NCBI GenBank assembly: GCA_964567295.1
Contig: CAZMLU010000003.1
Span: forward strand, 894 to 64,893
Direction of reading: 5' to 3'
Length of the DNA: 64,000 nt
Source: an uncultured Desulfovibrionaceae bacterium
GTDB lineage: Bacteria > Bacillota > Dethiobacteria > DTU022 > UBA8154
The notes beneath the pieces are model-generated. The model was not told the origin of the DNA and made no database searches. It saw nothing but the letters and a program-made list of their open reading frames with translations. The position numbers were made by a program, and so were the translations under genes. Positions 48,369 to 58,085 of this stretch are shown here, one piece after another (position 1 is the first letter of the stretch; each line of letters starts with the position of its first letter).

Positions 48369-49052
48369 ATGATCCCTTTAAAAGATAACCTCAGGCCGCA
48401 AAAGTACCCTTTAGTAAATATTTCCCTCATAATGCTAAATATCCTGCTCTTTGTTCACCAGTTGGGGCTGGGAAGGGAAGAGCTGGAAGCTTTCATGATG
48501 CATTACGGGGTAATTCCCCAGCGTTTTTTTTCATACCCCTGCGATCCTTTTTCCGCCGAGATTTGGCTCCCCCTTTTTACTTCCATGTTTCTTCACGGGG
48601 GATGGTTGCATCTCCTGGGAAATATGCTCTACCTGTGGGTCTTTGGAGCCAATGTGGAAGATCGTTGGGGGCATGGCAAATACTTGTTTTTCTATCTACT
48701 ATGCGGCGCCGTGGGTGGACTTTTCCATATCTTCGCCAATCCCCAGTCTCCAGTACCTACCATCGGGGCCAGCGGAGCCGTAGCGGGCATCCTGGGCGCC
48801 TATTTCATCTTTTTCCCCAAGGCCCGGGTATTGACTCTAGTCCCTATCGGCTTTTTCCTGGCCACTTTTAATATTCCCGCCATGCTCTTCCTGTTCATAT
48901 GGTTTTTACTGCAGTTTTTTAACGCTGTTCTGCTTGAGAGCGGAGCATCCGGGGCGGAAATGGTAGCCTGGTGGGCTCATATAGGCGGCTTTATTTTCGG
49001 AGCTGTCACCGCCATCCTGCTGCTTATATGGAGAAAGATCCTGGATTGGTGA
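48369..49052 (+). CDS. rhomboid-family intramembrane serine protease
   Basis: 6 TM; GASGAVAG catalytic Ser and downstream His (AHIGG). Confidence 0.8.
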   Translation: MIPLKDNLRPQKYPLVNISLIMLNILLFVHQLGLGREELEAFMMHYGVIPQRFFSYPCDPFSAEIWLPLFTSMFLHGGWLHLLGNMLYLWVFGANVEDRWGHGKYLFFYLLCGAVGGLFHIFANPQSPVPTIGASGAVAGILGAYFIFFPKARVLTLVPIGFFLATFNIPAMLFLFIWFLLQFFNAVLLESGASGAEMVAWWAHIGGFIFGAVTAILLLIWRKILDW

Positions 49053-49135
49053 GGCAGAACAGATAAGGCATACACCAGGAAAAGGGGCAACTCGTTCGGG
49101 CTGTAGCAACAGGTCTTAAAAGCCTGCCACTGTTT

Positions 49136-49711
49136 TCAGCGTGCCAAGACCGCCAACCCTACCCTGTCAGCACCTCGTTCTTTCAGCAGTAAAGCAGCTT
49201 CATGGGAAGTGGCTCCTGAGGTAAGCACATCGTCTACCAACAGCAGATTACTCCCCTGTGGCAGAGCCTGGACACAGTAAAAAATGTTTTCCACGTTTTC
49301 TTTTCGTTGCACACGGCTCAAGCCTGTCTGGCTGGCCGTTTCTCGTTTTTTCTCCAGGACATTTAGCAGCGGTAACTTCAGCTTTTCTGCCATTACCTCT
49401 GCCAAAAGGAAGGCCTGATTGTAACCTCGCTGCTCCAAGCGTCCTTTGGACAACGGCACCGGCACTACCCCCTCCAGGGACGCGACCCAGGGAAACGTTT
49501 TAATCCTGAGGTAAAGAAGCCCACCCAAAGCAGGAGCAAGACTTTTTTGGCCGCCATATTTATAACGGTGCACCGCGGCTCGCATCCCCTCCCGGTAATG
49601 CCCTAAAACGCAACAAAAATCAAAGGCAAAATGAAAGCTGTTGCAAGAAGGACAGCAGTAACCATCCTTTTTTTTAGCTTGCCCACAACAATGACATCTT
49701 TCTTCCTCCAA
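49136..49711 (-). CDS. ComF-family phosphoribosyltransferase-like protein (ComFC-like)
   Basis: Cys4 zinc finger plus PRTase motif LLVDDVLTSGAT; reading frame stays open upstream to ~49894 with no ATG/GTG/TTG. Confidence 0.65.
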   Translation of the reverse strand: MEEERCHCCGQAKKKDGYCCPSCNSFHFAFDFCCVLGHYREGMRAAVHRYKYGGQKSLAPALGGLLYLRIKTFPWVASLEGVVPVPLSKGRLEQRGYNQAFLLAEVMAEKLKLPLLNVLEKKRETASQTGLSRVQRKENVENIFYCVQALPQGSNLLLVDDVLTSGATSHEAALLLKERGADRVGLAVLAR

Positions 49712-49924
49712 CCAGGGAACTTTATTGGCGCAATCACAGCAGAGAAGCCCCTCCAGCTCAGCAGGGGTTGCCCAGGAAAGTAGTATACCCTCCTTATCTT
49801 TAAAAGAGGAGGGCAGAGAGCTGCAGAAAGGGCAGCGTGGGGGGTAAAGCAGTTCTAATAAAGTGCGAAGCAGAGATATAAGAGTTGCCTCCCCTCATCA
49901 ATAGAAAAAATGGCGGTATCATGA

Positions 49925-52180
49925 CTATTGCACTTTCTGCAGGCGGTTGGCCAGACCGCTGTAGCGCTGCTCCACCTTGTTATTGCCCACAGCTATGGCA
50001 ACAGCCTTGTAGGTACCAATAAGAACTACAAGCCTTCTTGCCCTGGTAATACCGGTATAAAGCAGGTTGCGCTGCAGGAGTATAAAGTGCTGGGTAACTA
50101 CAGGCATGACCACGACAGGATATTCACTTCCCTGGCTTTTATGCACAGAAATGGCGTAAGAGAGCACCAGCTCGTCCATCTCTGACAGGTCATAGATAAT
50201 CTCACGGGCGGCCAATGCCTCGGGATAAGAAACCGCTATTTCCCCTTCTTCTAGGTCCAGAGCTGTTATACGGCCAATATCACCGTTGAATACTTCTTTT
50301 TCGTAATTGTTGCGTATTTGCATCACTTTATCACCCAGGCGGAAAATATTGCCTCCTCCAGTTATCTCGTGTTTGTGCCTGGCCCTGGGGTTTAGCTCCT
50401 CTTGTAAAAGCTTATTTAAGGCCTCTACACCCACCGGGGTTCGGCGCATAGGTGTTATAACCTGGATCTCCTCCAAGGGATCAAATGACCCGTAGGAGGG
50501 AAGGCGCTCTTTGCATAGCTCAACAATAGTAGTGGCCACCTTCTGGGGATCTTCTTCTTCCACGAAAAAGAGATCTTTATCTTTTTTATTGAACAGGGGA
50601 AACTCCCCCTTGTTAATTCGGTGCGCATTGACCACGATCATGCTCTCCTGAGCCTGGCGGAAAATAGTCTGTAGGCGGACACAAGGAACACTCCCCCCTT
50701 CAATTATATCCCGCAGCACATTTCCCGCGCCCACAGAAGGAAGCTGGTCCATGTCTCCCACCAGGATCAAGCGGGAGCCAGGAGGAATTGCCTTAAGCAA
50801 GTTGTGAAAGAGGAGTAGATCCACCATGGAAGCCTCGTCCACAATAAGAGCCTGGCAGGAAAGAGTGTTTTCCTCATCTCTTTGGAAACTAAAACCTTCT
50901 CCTTCTTTGAAACTGTACTCCAAAAGGCGGTGAATCGTCTTGGCCTCCATTCCTGTAGCCTCAGCCATTCTTTTAGCTGCCCGGCCGGTAGGTGCCGCCA
51001 ACATGGTTTTCAGGCGGTAGCGCTGGAATAGTTTGAGGAGAGTCCTGATGGTGGTAGTTTTCCCTGTTCCTGGCCCCCCAGTGATGACCATAACACCGTT
51101 TTCACAGGCTCCCTCGATAGCCTTGATCTGTTCCTTAGCCAGGTCCATTTTTTCCTCTTCCAGGAGCTCCCATAGAGCCCCTTCCTCTTCAGGAGAAAAA
51201 ACAGTGAGTTGCCGGTTAAGCAGAGAAAGGAGTTTTTCCGCTGCACCTTTCTCAGCACGGTAAAAAGGTGCAAAGTAAACCATCTCTTCTCCGGCAGGGC
51301 CATTCTCACAAACTACCTGCCCAGCGGCCCTGAGTTCCTCCAGCTGCCCCTCGATCAGCTCAGCGCTCGATCCGCCACCCTGGGGAGGATTTTCATTGAA
51401 GAGCAGTTCTTCAATGCGGGTACGCATCTCCTTCCGGGGAAGAAAAACATGGCCCTCATCAGCAGCCTTTTTTAAGAGATACAAGGCGGCAGAGCAAACC
51501 CGCTGCGGGGAATCATGGGCCAATCCCAGCTGGCGGGCAATCTTATCAGCAGTAATAAATCCCACCCCGTAAACATCTTCAACCAGACGGTAAGGATTTT
51601 CCTTGAGCAGGGGAATGGCACGGGAACCGTAATGCTTGAAAAGTTTTACCGCCAGGGCAGGACTCACCTGGTAGCTCTGCAAAAAAAGCATAACCTCCTT
51701 GATCTCCTTCTGCTGCAGGTAACTTTGGTGAATCATGGCCGCCTTCTTGGGTCCTATACCTTCCACCTCAATTAACCTGTCTGGCTCATCTTCAATAACA
51801 GTTAAAGTTTCCAGCCCGAAACGCTTAACCAGAAGCTCTGCCGTTTGGGGGCCAACGCCTCGGATCAAGCCCGAGGAAAGAAATTTGTGGAGGCCTTCCC
51901 GGGTAGTGGGCATAATCGTTTCCCACTCCTGCACCTGGAACTGGAGTCCGTAACGGGGATGGGTCTTCCATACCCCTTTGAGCAGCAGATTTTCTCCCTC
52001 CTGCAGGGAAGGGAAATGACCTACAAACGTAACAAGTTCATCTGACTCCTTGCAGTTGAGGCGCCCCACGAGGTAGTTGCTCTCCTCGCTGAAAAAGGTG
52101 ATGCGCTCCAATACTCCCTCCAGGGTCTCCACAGACCTGCCCCCTTTACCTGGCCAACTGCCAGGAATATAATTAATCAT
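49925..52180 (-). CDS. RecD2-like ATP-dependent DNA helicase
   Basis: N-terminal OB/HhH domains, Walker A GGPGTGKTT, SF1 helicase motifs, C-terminal SH3-like domain. Confidence 0.85.
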   Translation of the reverse strand: MINYIPGSWPGKGGRSVETLEGVLERITFFSEESNYLVGRLNCKESDELVTFVGHFPSLQEGENLLLKGVWKTHPRYGLQFQVQEWETIMPTTREGLHKFLSSGLIRGVGPQTAELLVKRFGLETLTVIEDEPDRLIEVEGIGPKKAAMIHQSYLQQKEIKEVMLFLQSYQVSPALAVKLFKHYGSRAIPLLKENPYRLVEDVYGVGFITADKIARQLGLAHDSPQRVCSAALYLLKKAADEGHVFLPRKEMRTRIEELLFNENPPQGGGSSAELIEGQLEELRAAGQVVCENGPAGEEMVYFAPFYRAEKGAAEKLLSLLNRQLTVFSPEEEGALWELLEEEKMDLAKEQIKAIEGACENGVMVITGGPGTGKTTTIRTLLKLFQRYRLKTMLAAPTGRAAKRMAEATGMEAKTIHRLLEYSFKEGEGFSFQRDEENTLSCQALIVDEASMVDLLLFHNLLKAIPPGSRLILVGDMDQLPSVGAGNVLRDIIEGGSVPCVRLQTIFRQAQESMIVVNAHRINKGEFPLFNKKDKDLFFVEEEDPQKVATTIVELCKERLPSYGSFDPLEEIQVITPMRRTPVGVEALNKLLQEELNPRARHKHEITGGGNIFRLGDKVMQIRNNYEKEVFNGDIGRITALDLEEGEIAVSYPEALAAREIIYDLSEMDELVLSYAISVHKSQGSEYPVVVMPVVTQHFILLQRNLLYTGITRARRLVVLIGTYKAVAIAVGNNKVEQRYSGLANRLQKVQ

Positions 52181-52441
52181 AACAAATTCTACAGTGAATA
52201 AGTTCGCTTAGCGGTCCAATAAAATAAAGCAAACAGTCATTCCTTCTCCTGCCAACTTATCCTGCCATTTAGCAGTTATTGTATCTTATACAGGAGAAAA
52301 GAACAAGCTCTCACTGCAAATGTTGGCTATCTTCTAAAAGACATAATTGGAAAACCCTGCCTTAATGATAAGTGGGCAGGGTTTTCTCTATTTTTTATGT
52401 TATCTCTTTTGCTAATGGCTATTTTGAGGGAAATACCCCTC

Positions 52442-53641
52442 TTACAGACCGGCCTCTTTCTTCAATATTTCGGCCTTGTCGGTCTTTTCCCAGGTAAGAT
52501 CCAGATCCTCACGACCCAGGTGTCCGTAAGCGGCCACGGGGGTGTAAATGGGTCGGCGCAGATCCAATTTGTCAATAATAGCTGCCGGGCGGAGATCAAA
52601 ATGCTTTTCAATCAGCTTTTCAATGGTCTCCGCCGCCACCTTTTCTGTGCCAAAGGTTTCCACAAATACTGACAAGGGCCGGGCTACACCGATGGCATAA
52701 GCCAACTCCAATTCGCACTTATCGGCCAGTCCTGCAGCTACAATATTTTTGGCCACATATCTGGCGGCGTAAGTAGCAGAACGGTCTACTTTTGTGGGAT
52801 CCTTGCCGGAGAAACAACCTCCACCGTGGCGGGAATAACCCCCGTAGGTATCCACGATAATCTTGCGACCGGTCAAACCGGTGTCTCCCTGGGGACCACC
52901 TACCACAAAACGGCCCGTGGGGTTAATGTAAAACTTGGTCTTTTTGTCCACCAGTTCTGAGGGAACAATTTCCTTCGCTACAACCTCAATCAGGTCATCC
53001 CGCAGACGAGACATGGAAATATCGTCCCTGTGCTGTGCAGAGAGCACCACGGCAGCGATACGCTCCGGCTTGCCGTTATTGTATTCCACGGTGACCTGTG
53101 ATTTCCCATCAGGGCGCAGGTATGGCAAGATCTTTTCCTTCCGCACCTTGCTCAGGTAGCGTGTAAGTTTATGCGCCAGGGCGATAGGCATAGGCATAAG
53201 CTCCGGTGTTTCGTTGCAGGCGAAACCGAAAATAATGCCCTGATCTCCTGCCCCGATCCTGCTGTAGAGATCTTCGCTATCTTCCCCTTCTTTAATCTCC
53301 CAGGCCTTATTCACTCCCTGGGCAATATCTGGGGACTGCTCATCGATAGCAGTAAGCACTGAGCAAGTATCTCCATCAAAACCGAACTTGGCCCGGGTAT
53401 AACCTATATTTTTCACCGTTTCCCTTGCAATTTGCGGAATATCCACATAGCAACTGGTAGTAATTTCACCAGCTACCAGTACAAGCCCCGTAGTGACCAT
53501 TGTTTCTGCGGCCACCCTTCCCTGGGGATCATCAGCCATAATGGCATCCAGGATAGCATCTGAAACCTGGTCCGACACCTTATCGGGATGCCCCTCGGTT
53601 ACTGATTCCGAAGAAAAAAGAAATTTTCCGTCTCTATTCAT
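52442..53641 (-). CDS. metK: S-adenosylmethionine synthetase
   Basis: [21 protein letters not shown], and other MetK signature motifs; start at MNRDGKF with RBS GGAGG. Confidence 0.9.
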   Translation of the reverse strand: MNRDGKFLFSSESVTEGHPDKVSDQVSDAILDAIMADDPQGRVAAETMVTTGLVLVAGEITTSCYVDIPQIARETVKNIGYTRAKFGFDGDTCSVLTAIDEQSPDIAQGVNKAWEIKEGEDSEDLYSRIGAGDQGIIFGFACNETPELMPMPIALAHKLTRYLSKVRKEKILPYLRPDGKSQVTVEYNNGKPERIAAVVLSAQHRDDISMSRLRDDLIEVVAKEIVPSELVDKKTKFYINPTGRFVVGGPQGDTGLTGRKIIVDTYGGYSRHGGGCFSGKDPTKVDRSATYAARYVAKNIVAAGLADKCELELAYAIGVARPLSVFVETFGTEKVAAETIEKLIEKHFDLRPAAIIDKLDLRRPIYTPVAAYGHLGREDLDLTWEKTDKAEILKKEAGL

Positions 53642-53712
53642 CCTTCTACCTCCTTGAAATTTGTGCGGTAAAAACAAAAATACCCCTTACCTGACAGGCA
53701 GAGGCATCTAAA

Positions 53713-53837
53713 CGCCTCTTATCTCCCAGGGCGGACCTGACAAAAACCGTCCTGTAGGAATTGGCACCGGGCGATCTGCTACTGACATACGCTTCCTTGA
53801 ATTCAGTCAGGCCCTCACATAAATATAAATAGAGGAA
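53713..53837 (-). ncRNA. probable SAM-I (S-box) riboswitch in metK leader
   Basis: minus-strand leader contains GGUGCCAAUUCCUACAGG...GGGAGAUAAGAGG (S-box 3' half, P1 3' strand) and CCUCUAU...GAGGG at 5' end, then AGAGGC-N8-GCCUCU hairpin and U-rich tract; 5' half deviates from consensus. Confidence 0.45.
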
Positions 53838-54042
53838 GCTTTACACGTTCTTGCAGTGACAGATCCGGTTGCCGGGGTTCATAGAGCCTATCTCTCCCCC
53901 GCTCTGGATAAGAGTTCCAGTATAAAGTTTTGAATTACCGTCAATAATAATATTATAGTTAGAGCTATTTGTCAACAGGGAACAAGCCTTCGCCACCTGT
54001 TGAGTTAAAAAGCAAGAGATATTTACGGTTTTCTGTAACAAA

Positions 54043-54498
54043 TTATCCCTCTGCTTCTTCACCATCCCGGGCCATGGCAAAAACAAGTTCACCCGATGCA
54101 ACCACTTTGCCGTCCACTAGAGCCTTGCCCTTACCTTTGCCTACTACCCCTTTCAAACTTACCAACTCTACTTCCAAGTTAAGGGTATCCCCGGGACGTA
54201 CCGTTCCGCGAAATCGGCAGCGGTCAATACCGCGGAAAAGAACCAATCTTCCTTTAAACTCTTCGCCGCTTAGCAAAGCCACCGCACCTACTTGGGCCAG
54301 AGCTTCTACGATAAGGACCCCCGGCATAATAGGTTCCCCAGGGAAGTGCCCCTGGAAAAAAGGCTCGTTTATACTAACGTTTTTAAGACCTACCGCCTTT
54401 TTTCCAGGTATGACTTCCTTTATGAGGTCTACCAACAAAAAAGGGTAACGATGGGGTAGTATCGCTTGAACTTCTTTCGCCGATAATATCTCACTCAT
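54043..54498 (-). CDS. fabZ: 3-hydroxyacyl-ACP dehydratase
   Basis: [11 protein letters not shown], HFPGxPIMPGVL hot-dog fold motifs; start at second ATG with RBS GGAGGT. Confidence 0.85.
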   Translation of the reverse strand: MSEILSAKEVQAILPHRYPFLLVDLIKEVIPGKKAVGLKNVSINEPFFQGHFPGEPIMPGVLIVEALAQVGAVALLSGEEFKGRLVLFRGIDRCRFRGTVRPGDTLNLEVELVSLKGVVGKGKGKALVDGKVVASGELVFAMARDGEEAEG

Positions 54499-54616
54499 TT
54501 TCACAACCTCCGGCATTCCTGCATCTAACTAAGAATGGATAAATTTTCTGTTCTAAATAGCCTCCCTGCTTAAGAAGAAAAACTTTCCCGGCAGTTAGCG
54601 ATAGGGGATGTAAAGT

Positions 54617-55378
54617 TTACAGAATCAGTTTGGCTGCAATTTTTTCGATGGCCTGAACTGCCTGAGAATCATCAGGCAAATCAAAAAGGGGTTTCCCTTC
54701 CAGGTCAAACTCAACTACCTTCTCATCCAGGGGAACGGTACCTAAAAGTTCTAATCCGGTTTTGTCGATCTCCTCCTGCAGAGCCTGCACATCTTCATTC
54801 CTGGTCTTGGTAATCACCAGGTAAACTGTCTTGGTTTTAATCTTGACAGATTTGATTATCTCGTAGACACGTCCTGCCGAGCGGATACCGCGGGCGGAGG
54901 CATCACTGGTAATAATAATGGTGTCTACATCGTCAATGATACGGCGGCTGAGATGTTCCATACCAGCTTCGTTGTCTACCGCTACATAATCATAATTGGG
55001 ACGAAGATTTTCCAAGTATTTGCGCAGCAGATCGTTAGGAAAACAATAGCAGCCAGGCCCTGAAGGATTACCCATCACTAAGAGGTCAACCTGATCTGAC
55101 TCCACCATAGCCTGACTGATACGCATCTCCATGAACATATCTTTTGTCATGCCAGAAGGCACCACCCGGGGATCCTTGGTATCCACCAAGGCCTGAGATA
55201 TGGTTTCCTCTATCTCCAGGCCCAAAGCTTCATTTAGGTTGGCATTGGCATCGGCGTCCACGGCCAGAATATCCTTGTTTTTGTGCGCATTGGTCAGGTG
55301 ACGCAATAATAATGCTGTAAAGGTTGTTTTCCCGGTTCCTCCCTTTCCTGCAACGGCAATAACTTTTTCTTTACCCAT
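54617..55378 (-). CDS. CooC-type P-loop NTPase (metal-centre maturation factor)
   Basis: deviant Walker A GKGGTGKTT and CooC-type GPGCYCF CxC motif; alternative starts up to 55429. Confidence 0.65.
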   Translation of the reverse strand: MGKEKVIAVAGKGGTGKTTFTALLLRHLTNAHKNKDILAVDADANANLNEALGLEIEETISQALVDTKDPRVVPSGMTKDMFMEMRISQAMVESDQVDLLVMGNPSGPGCYCFPNDLLRKYLENLRPNYDYVAVDNEAGMEHLSRRIIDDVDTIIITSDASARGIRSAGRVYEIIKSVKIKTKTVYLVITKTRNEDVQALQEEIDKTGLELLGTVPLDEKVVEFDLEGKPLFDLPDDSQAVQAIEKIAAKLIL

Positions 55379-55476
55379 AATAGTCCCGGATTCCTTGCTG
55401 CTTTCACACATTAACAGAAATCCGGTCACACCTCCCTTTCCATAAAGTTTGCAAGTTTGTCTTCCTCTTTTTTATT

Positions 55477-56952
55477 TTATACAACCAGTTTTTTAGAGAG
55501 TACCTGTTCCAAATCCGAGAGGGTATTACAAGGAAACATGGTGACCTCCTGCTGGAAAGCAGCCACAGTAGAATAGCTGTCCCATTCCGCCCGGGGAAGG
55601 GTGTTGAGCCAGAGTACCTCTTTTACCCTTTCCCTCAGCATCTTTAGTTTTTCCAGGGCATCCCGTTGGCGAATGGTCCTGGTATCGCTGACAATTATAG
55701 CAATAGTGTTCCGGGTCAGCTCCTCCTGGTGCTGGAACAGAAGGGTTTCCAGTGCTTTATGCAGGCTGGTTCCTCCGCCCCACTGATTGCTTTCTTTTAC
55801 CATGTTTTTGATGGTCCCTTCAAAATCTCCGCCCTGGTTAAAATAGGGGGTTATGCGCTCCAAATCCTCTGAAAAAACAAAGCTCTCTATACCCTGTACT
55901 ACGGTGTTAAGCCCGTAGATAAACTGCAGAACAAAGCTGGTATAGTGCACCATGGAACCGGAGACATCGCAGAGGAGCAGTAGCCTGGGTTTCTTCAACC
56001 TGTGGCTCTTATATTTTAGGTGAAAGGGAACGCCCCCGTATTGGATACTGTTCCTTATGGTCGAACGAAACTCCGGAACCCTTTTTTTTCGGGTGGAACG
56101 ATAGCGCCGTGAAATGCGCGTAACCATGAGCCGTGCCATACGGCGAATAATGGCGGTGGCCTGGGGGAGATCCTTGCGGGCTATATTCTGCATATCCTCC
56201 GTTATAAGCTGCTTCCCGCCCCGACCGGCACCGGCTGCTGCATCGCTGATAGCATTCAGCTCCTCATCGCCCAGCTTCTGGCTGGGCTTTTGGTCATCGA
56301 TTTCACGTTTTAGCTGTTTATACCAGAACTGCAGACGGTTTTTAACCAGGTCCTCCAGGAAGGGTCTGTATTCTGGCTGCAGGGTATCCCTGTCCTCGTT
56401 CATCTGCACAAAGTCGGAAAGGCGGTCCTTTTCTTGCTGGGGCATATGGGAAAAGACCGTCTTTTCCATCTGGGAGAGCTCCATCTGCTCCCCGCGAAAA
56501 GTGAAGATCTCCTCCGCTTCCTGCAGGCTTTGTTGCTGGTCCCTTTGTTTCTGCTGTCGCTGCTGCTGAAATTCCTCCCGCTCCTCGGCATTTGTGAAAA
56601 AGTGGTCGAAAAGTCGATCAAAAAGTTCTCCCTCTTCAGCCTTCTTGACCAGGGTAGCTTTCAGAGCCAACCGCACCTTCTCCCTCTCCACCAGGGGGAC
56701 AAACTCCAGAGCGCGCAAAGAATCCAGCACCTCTGAACTCCCCACACGAAGACCCTCCTGCCGAAGGAGATAAATAAAACGGACAATGTTGTTCTCCAGG
56801 TATTGAGGAACCGCCTCCCCGGAACAAGAACAGGACCCTCCCGCACCGCAGTGGTGAGCTGCCTGACCGTCAGTGCGGTGTTGGCAATTGGCACCTCCTG
56901 CCGCGCTGTGTCCTTCCTGGCTGATTCTGTTCCGATCTTTTCTTTCCGGCAC
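55477..56952 (-). CDS. VWA-domain protein (CoxE-like)
   Basis: C-terminal VWA with MIDAS (LLLLCDVSGSM); GTG start with RBS AGGAAAGGGG; Cys/His-rich N-terminus. Confidence 0.7.
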   Translation of the reverse strand: MPERKDRNRISQEGHSAAGGANCQHRTDGQAAHHCGAGGSCSCSGEAVPQYLENNIVRFIYLLRQEGLRVGSSEVLDSLRALEFVPLVEREKVRLALKATLVKKAEEGELFDRLFDHFFTNAEEREEFQQQRQQKQRDQQQSLQEAEEIFTFRGEQMELSQMEKTVFSHMPQQEKDRLSDFVQMNEDRDTLQPEYRPFLEDLVKNRLQFWYKQLKREIDDQKPSQKLGDEELNAISDAAAGAGRGGKQLITEDMQNIARKDLPQATAIIRRMARLMVTRISRRYRSTRKKRVPEFRSTIRNSIQYGGVPFHLKYKSHRLKKPRLLLLCDVSGSMVHYTSFVLQFIYGLNTVVQGIESFVFSEDLERITPYFNQGGDFEGTIKNMVKESNQWGGGTSLHKALETLLFQHQEELTRNTIAIIVSDTRTIRQRDALEKLKMLRERVKEVLWLNTLPRAEWDSYSTVAAFQQEVTMFPCNTLSDLEQVLSKKLVV

Positions 56953-56985
56953 AGATAATACCCCTTTCCTCTCTACTCTAAATCA

Positions 56986-57870
56986 TTAGCCTGTTCTGAT
57001 ATTTTTCTCCAAGTTATCTGCTCCAATTTGTTCCCGAAATACTCTCTGATCCACCCTAGATTTCAAGAGCAGGTTCAGAGTGTGCTCGATGGTACTGCCC
57101 TGCAAGCGGTCCCTGTTCAGTTCCACCAACGCACGGGTCCAGTCCAGTGTTTCAGCGATAGAGGGCTTCTTGCGTATCTCCGGGTTCTGGCGGATCAGGT
57201 TAACCGCCCGGGCAATCTCCCTGGTAAGCTGCTCGCCTACCCCAGGAACCTTAGCCTTAATGATCTCGATTTCCCTTTCCACCTGAGGAAAGTCAAGGTA
57301 AAGGAAAACACAACGTCGTTTCAATCCATCTGAAAGCTCACGTTCGCTGTTGCTGGTAAGCACTACCACGGGGATATGTTGAGCCTTTATAGTACCTAAC
57401 TCCGGGACAGATACCTGGAAATCAGAGAGCACTTCAAAGAGAAAGGCTTCGAACTCATCATCAGACTTATCCACTTCATCTATAAGGAGCACCGCCCTTT
57501 TTCCTGCCTGAATAGCTTTGAGAAGCGGTCGCTCCAACAGGTATGGCGCAGAAAAAAGATTCTCCTCCAGCGATCCTTCAGATTTATCTTCTCTACCAAT
57601 CTGGATTCGCAACAACTGCTTCTGGTAATTCCATTCATAGAGGGCTTTGTTCTCGTCCAGGCCTTCATAGCACTGCAACCTTATCAGTTCGGTCTCAAAA
57701 ACATGAGAGAGCACCTTGCCCATTTCCGTCTTTCCCACTCCTGGAGGGCCTTCAATTAGCAGCGGTTTTTCCAGCTTCAGAGCCAGAAATACAGTGAGTA
57801 CAACCTCTTCATCGCAGATATATCCCACTTCTTCAAATTTTTTACGTAACTCATCCAAAGTCATATCCAT
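56986..57870 (-). CDS. MoxR-family AAA+ ATPase (CoxD-like)
   Basis: Walker A GPPGVGKT, Walker B LLIDEVD, AAA_3/MoxR lid. Confidence 0.85.
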   Translation of the reverse strand: MDMTLDELRKKFEEVGYICDEEVVLTVFLALKLEKPLLIEGPPGVGKTEMGKVLSHVFETELIRLQCYEGLDENKALYEWNYQKQLLRIQIGREDKSEGSLEENLFSAPYLLERPLLKAIQAGKRAVLLIDEVDKSDDEFEAFLFEVLSDFQVSVPELGTIKAQHIPVVVLTSNSERELSDGLKRRCVFLYLDFPQVEREIEIIKAKVPGVGEQLTREIARAVNLIRQNPEIRKKPSIAETLDWTRALVELNRDRLQGSTIEHTLNLLLKSRVDQRVFREQIGADNLEKNIRTG

Positions 57871-58085
57871 CTTGTAAATCGTCCTTTCTCCAGCCTGGCA
57901 AGTTTAAGAGGCCAGCATATAATCCTATTATACAAAAAACAGCAAGAAATTAATACCCTTTTTTATCTAACATTGCCTTTCCTTTACTTGATGCAGTACT
58001 ACTGAGAAATATTTCCATAAATTTCCTTTTATAACTGCTATGGGCAAAATTCATTTAATAGCATTTTCTGTTAACTATTAGTGCT

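Noticed and set aside
53841-54101. 86-aa minus-strand ORF between metK leader and fabZ (ends ...GSMNPGNRICHCKNV)
   Set aside because: Its 5' 58 nt overlap the fabZ coding end and its 3' part overlaps the predicted S-box leader of metK. There is no family resemblance, so it is most likely spurious, although a 13-codon peptide with RBS GGAGA (MNPGNRICHCKNV) cannot be excluded.
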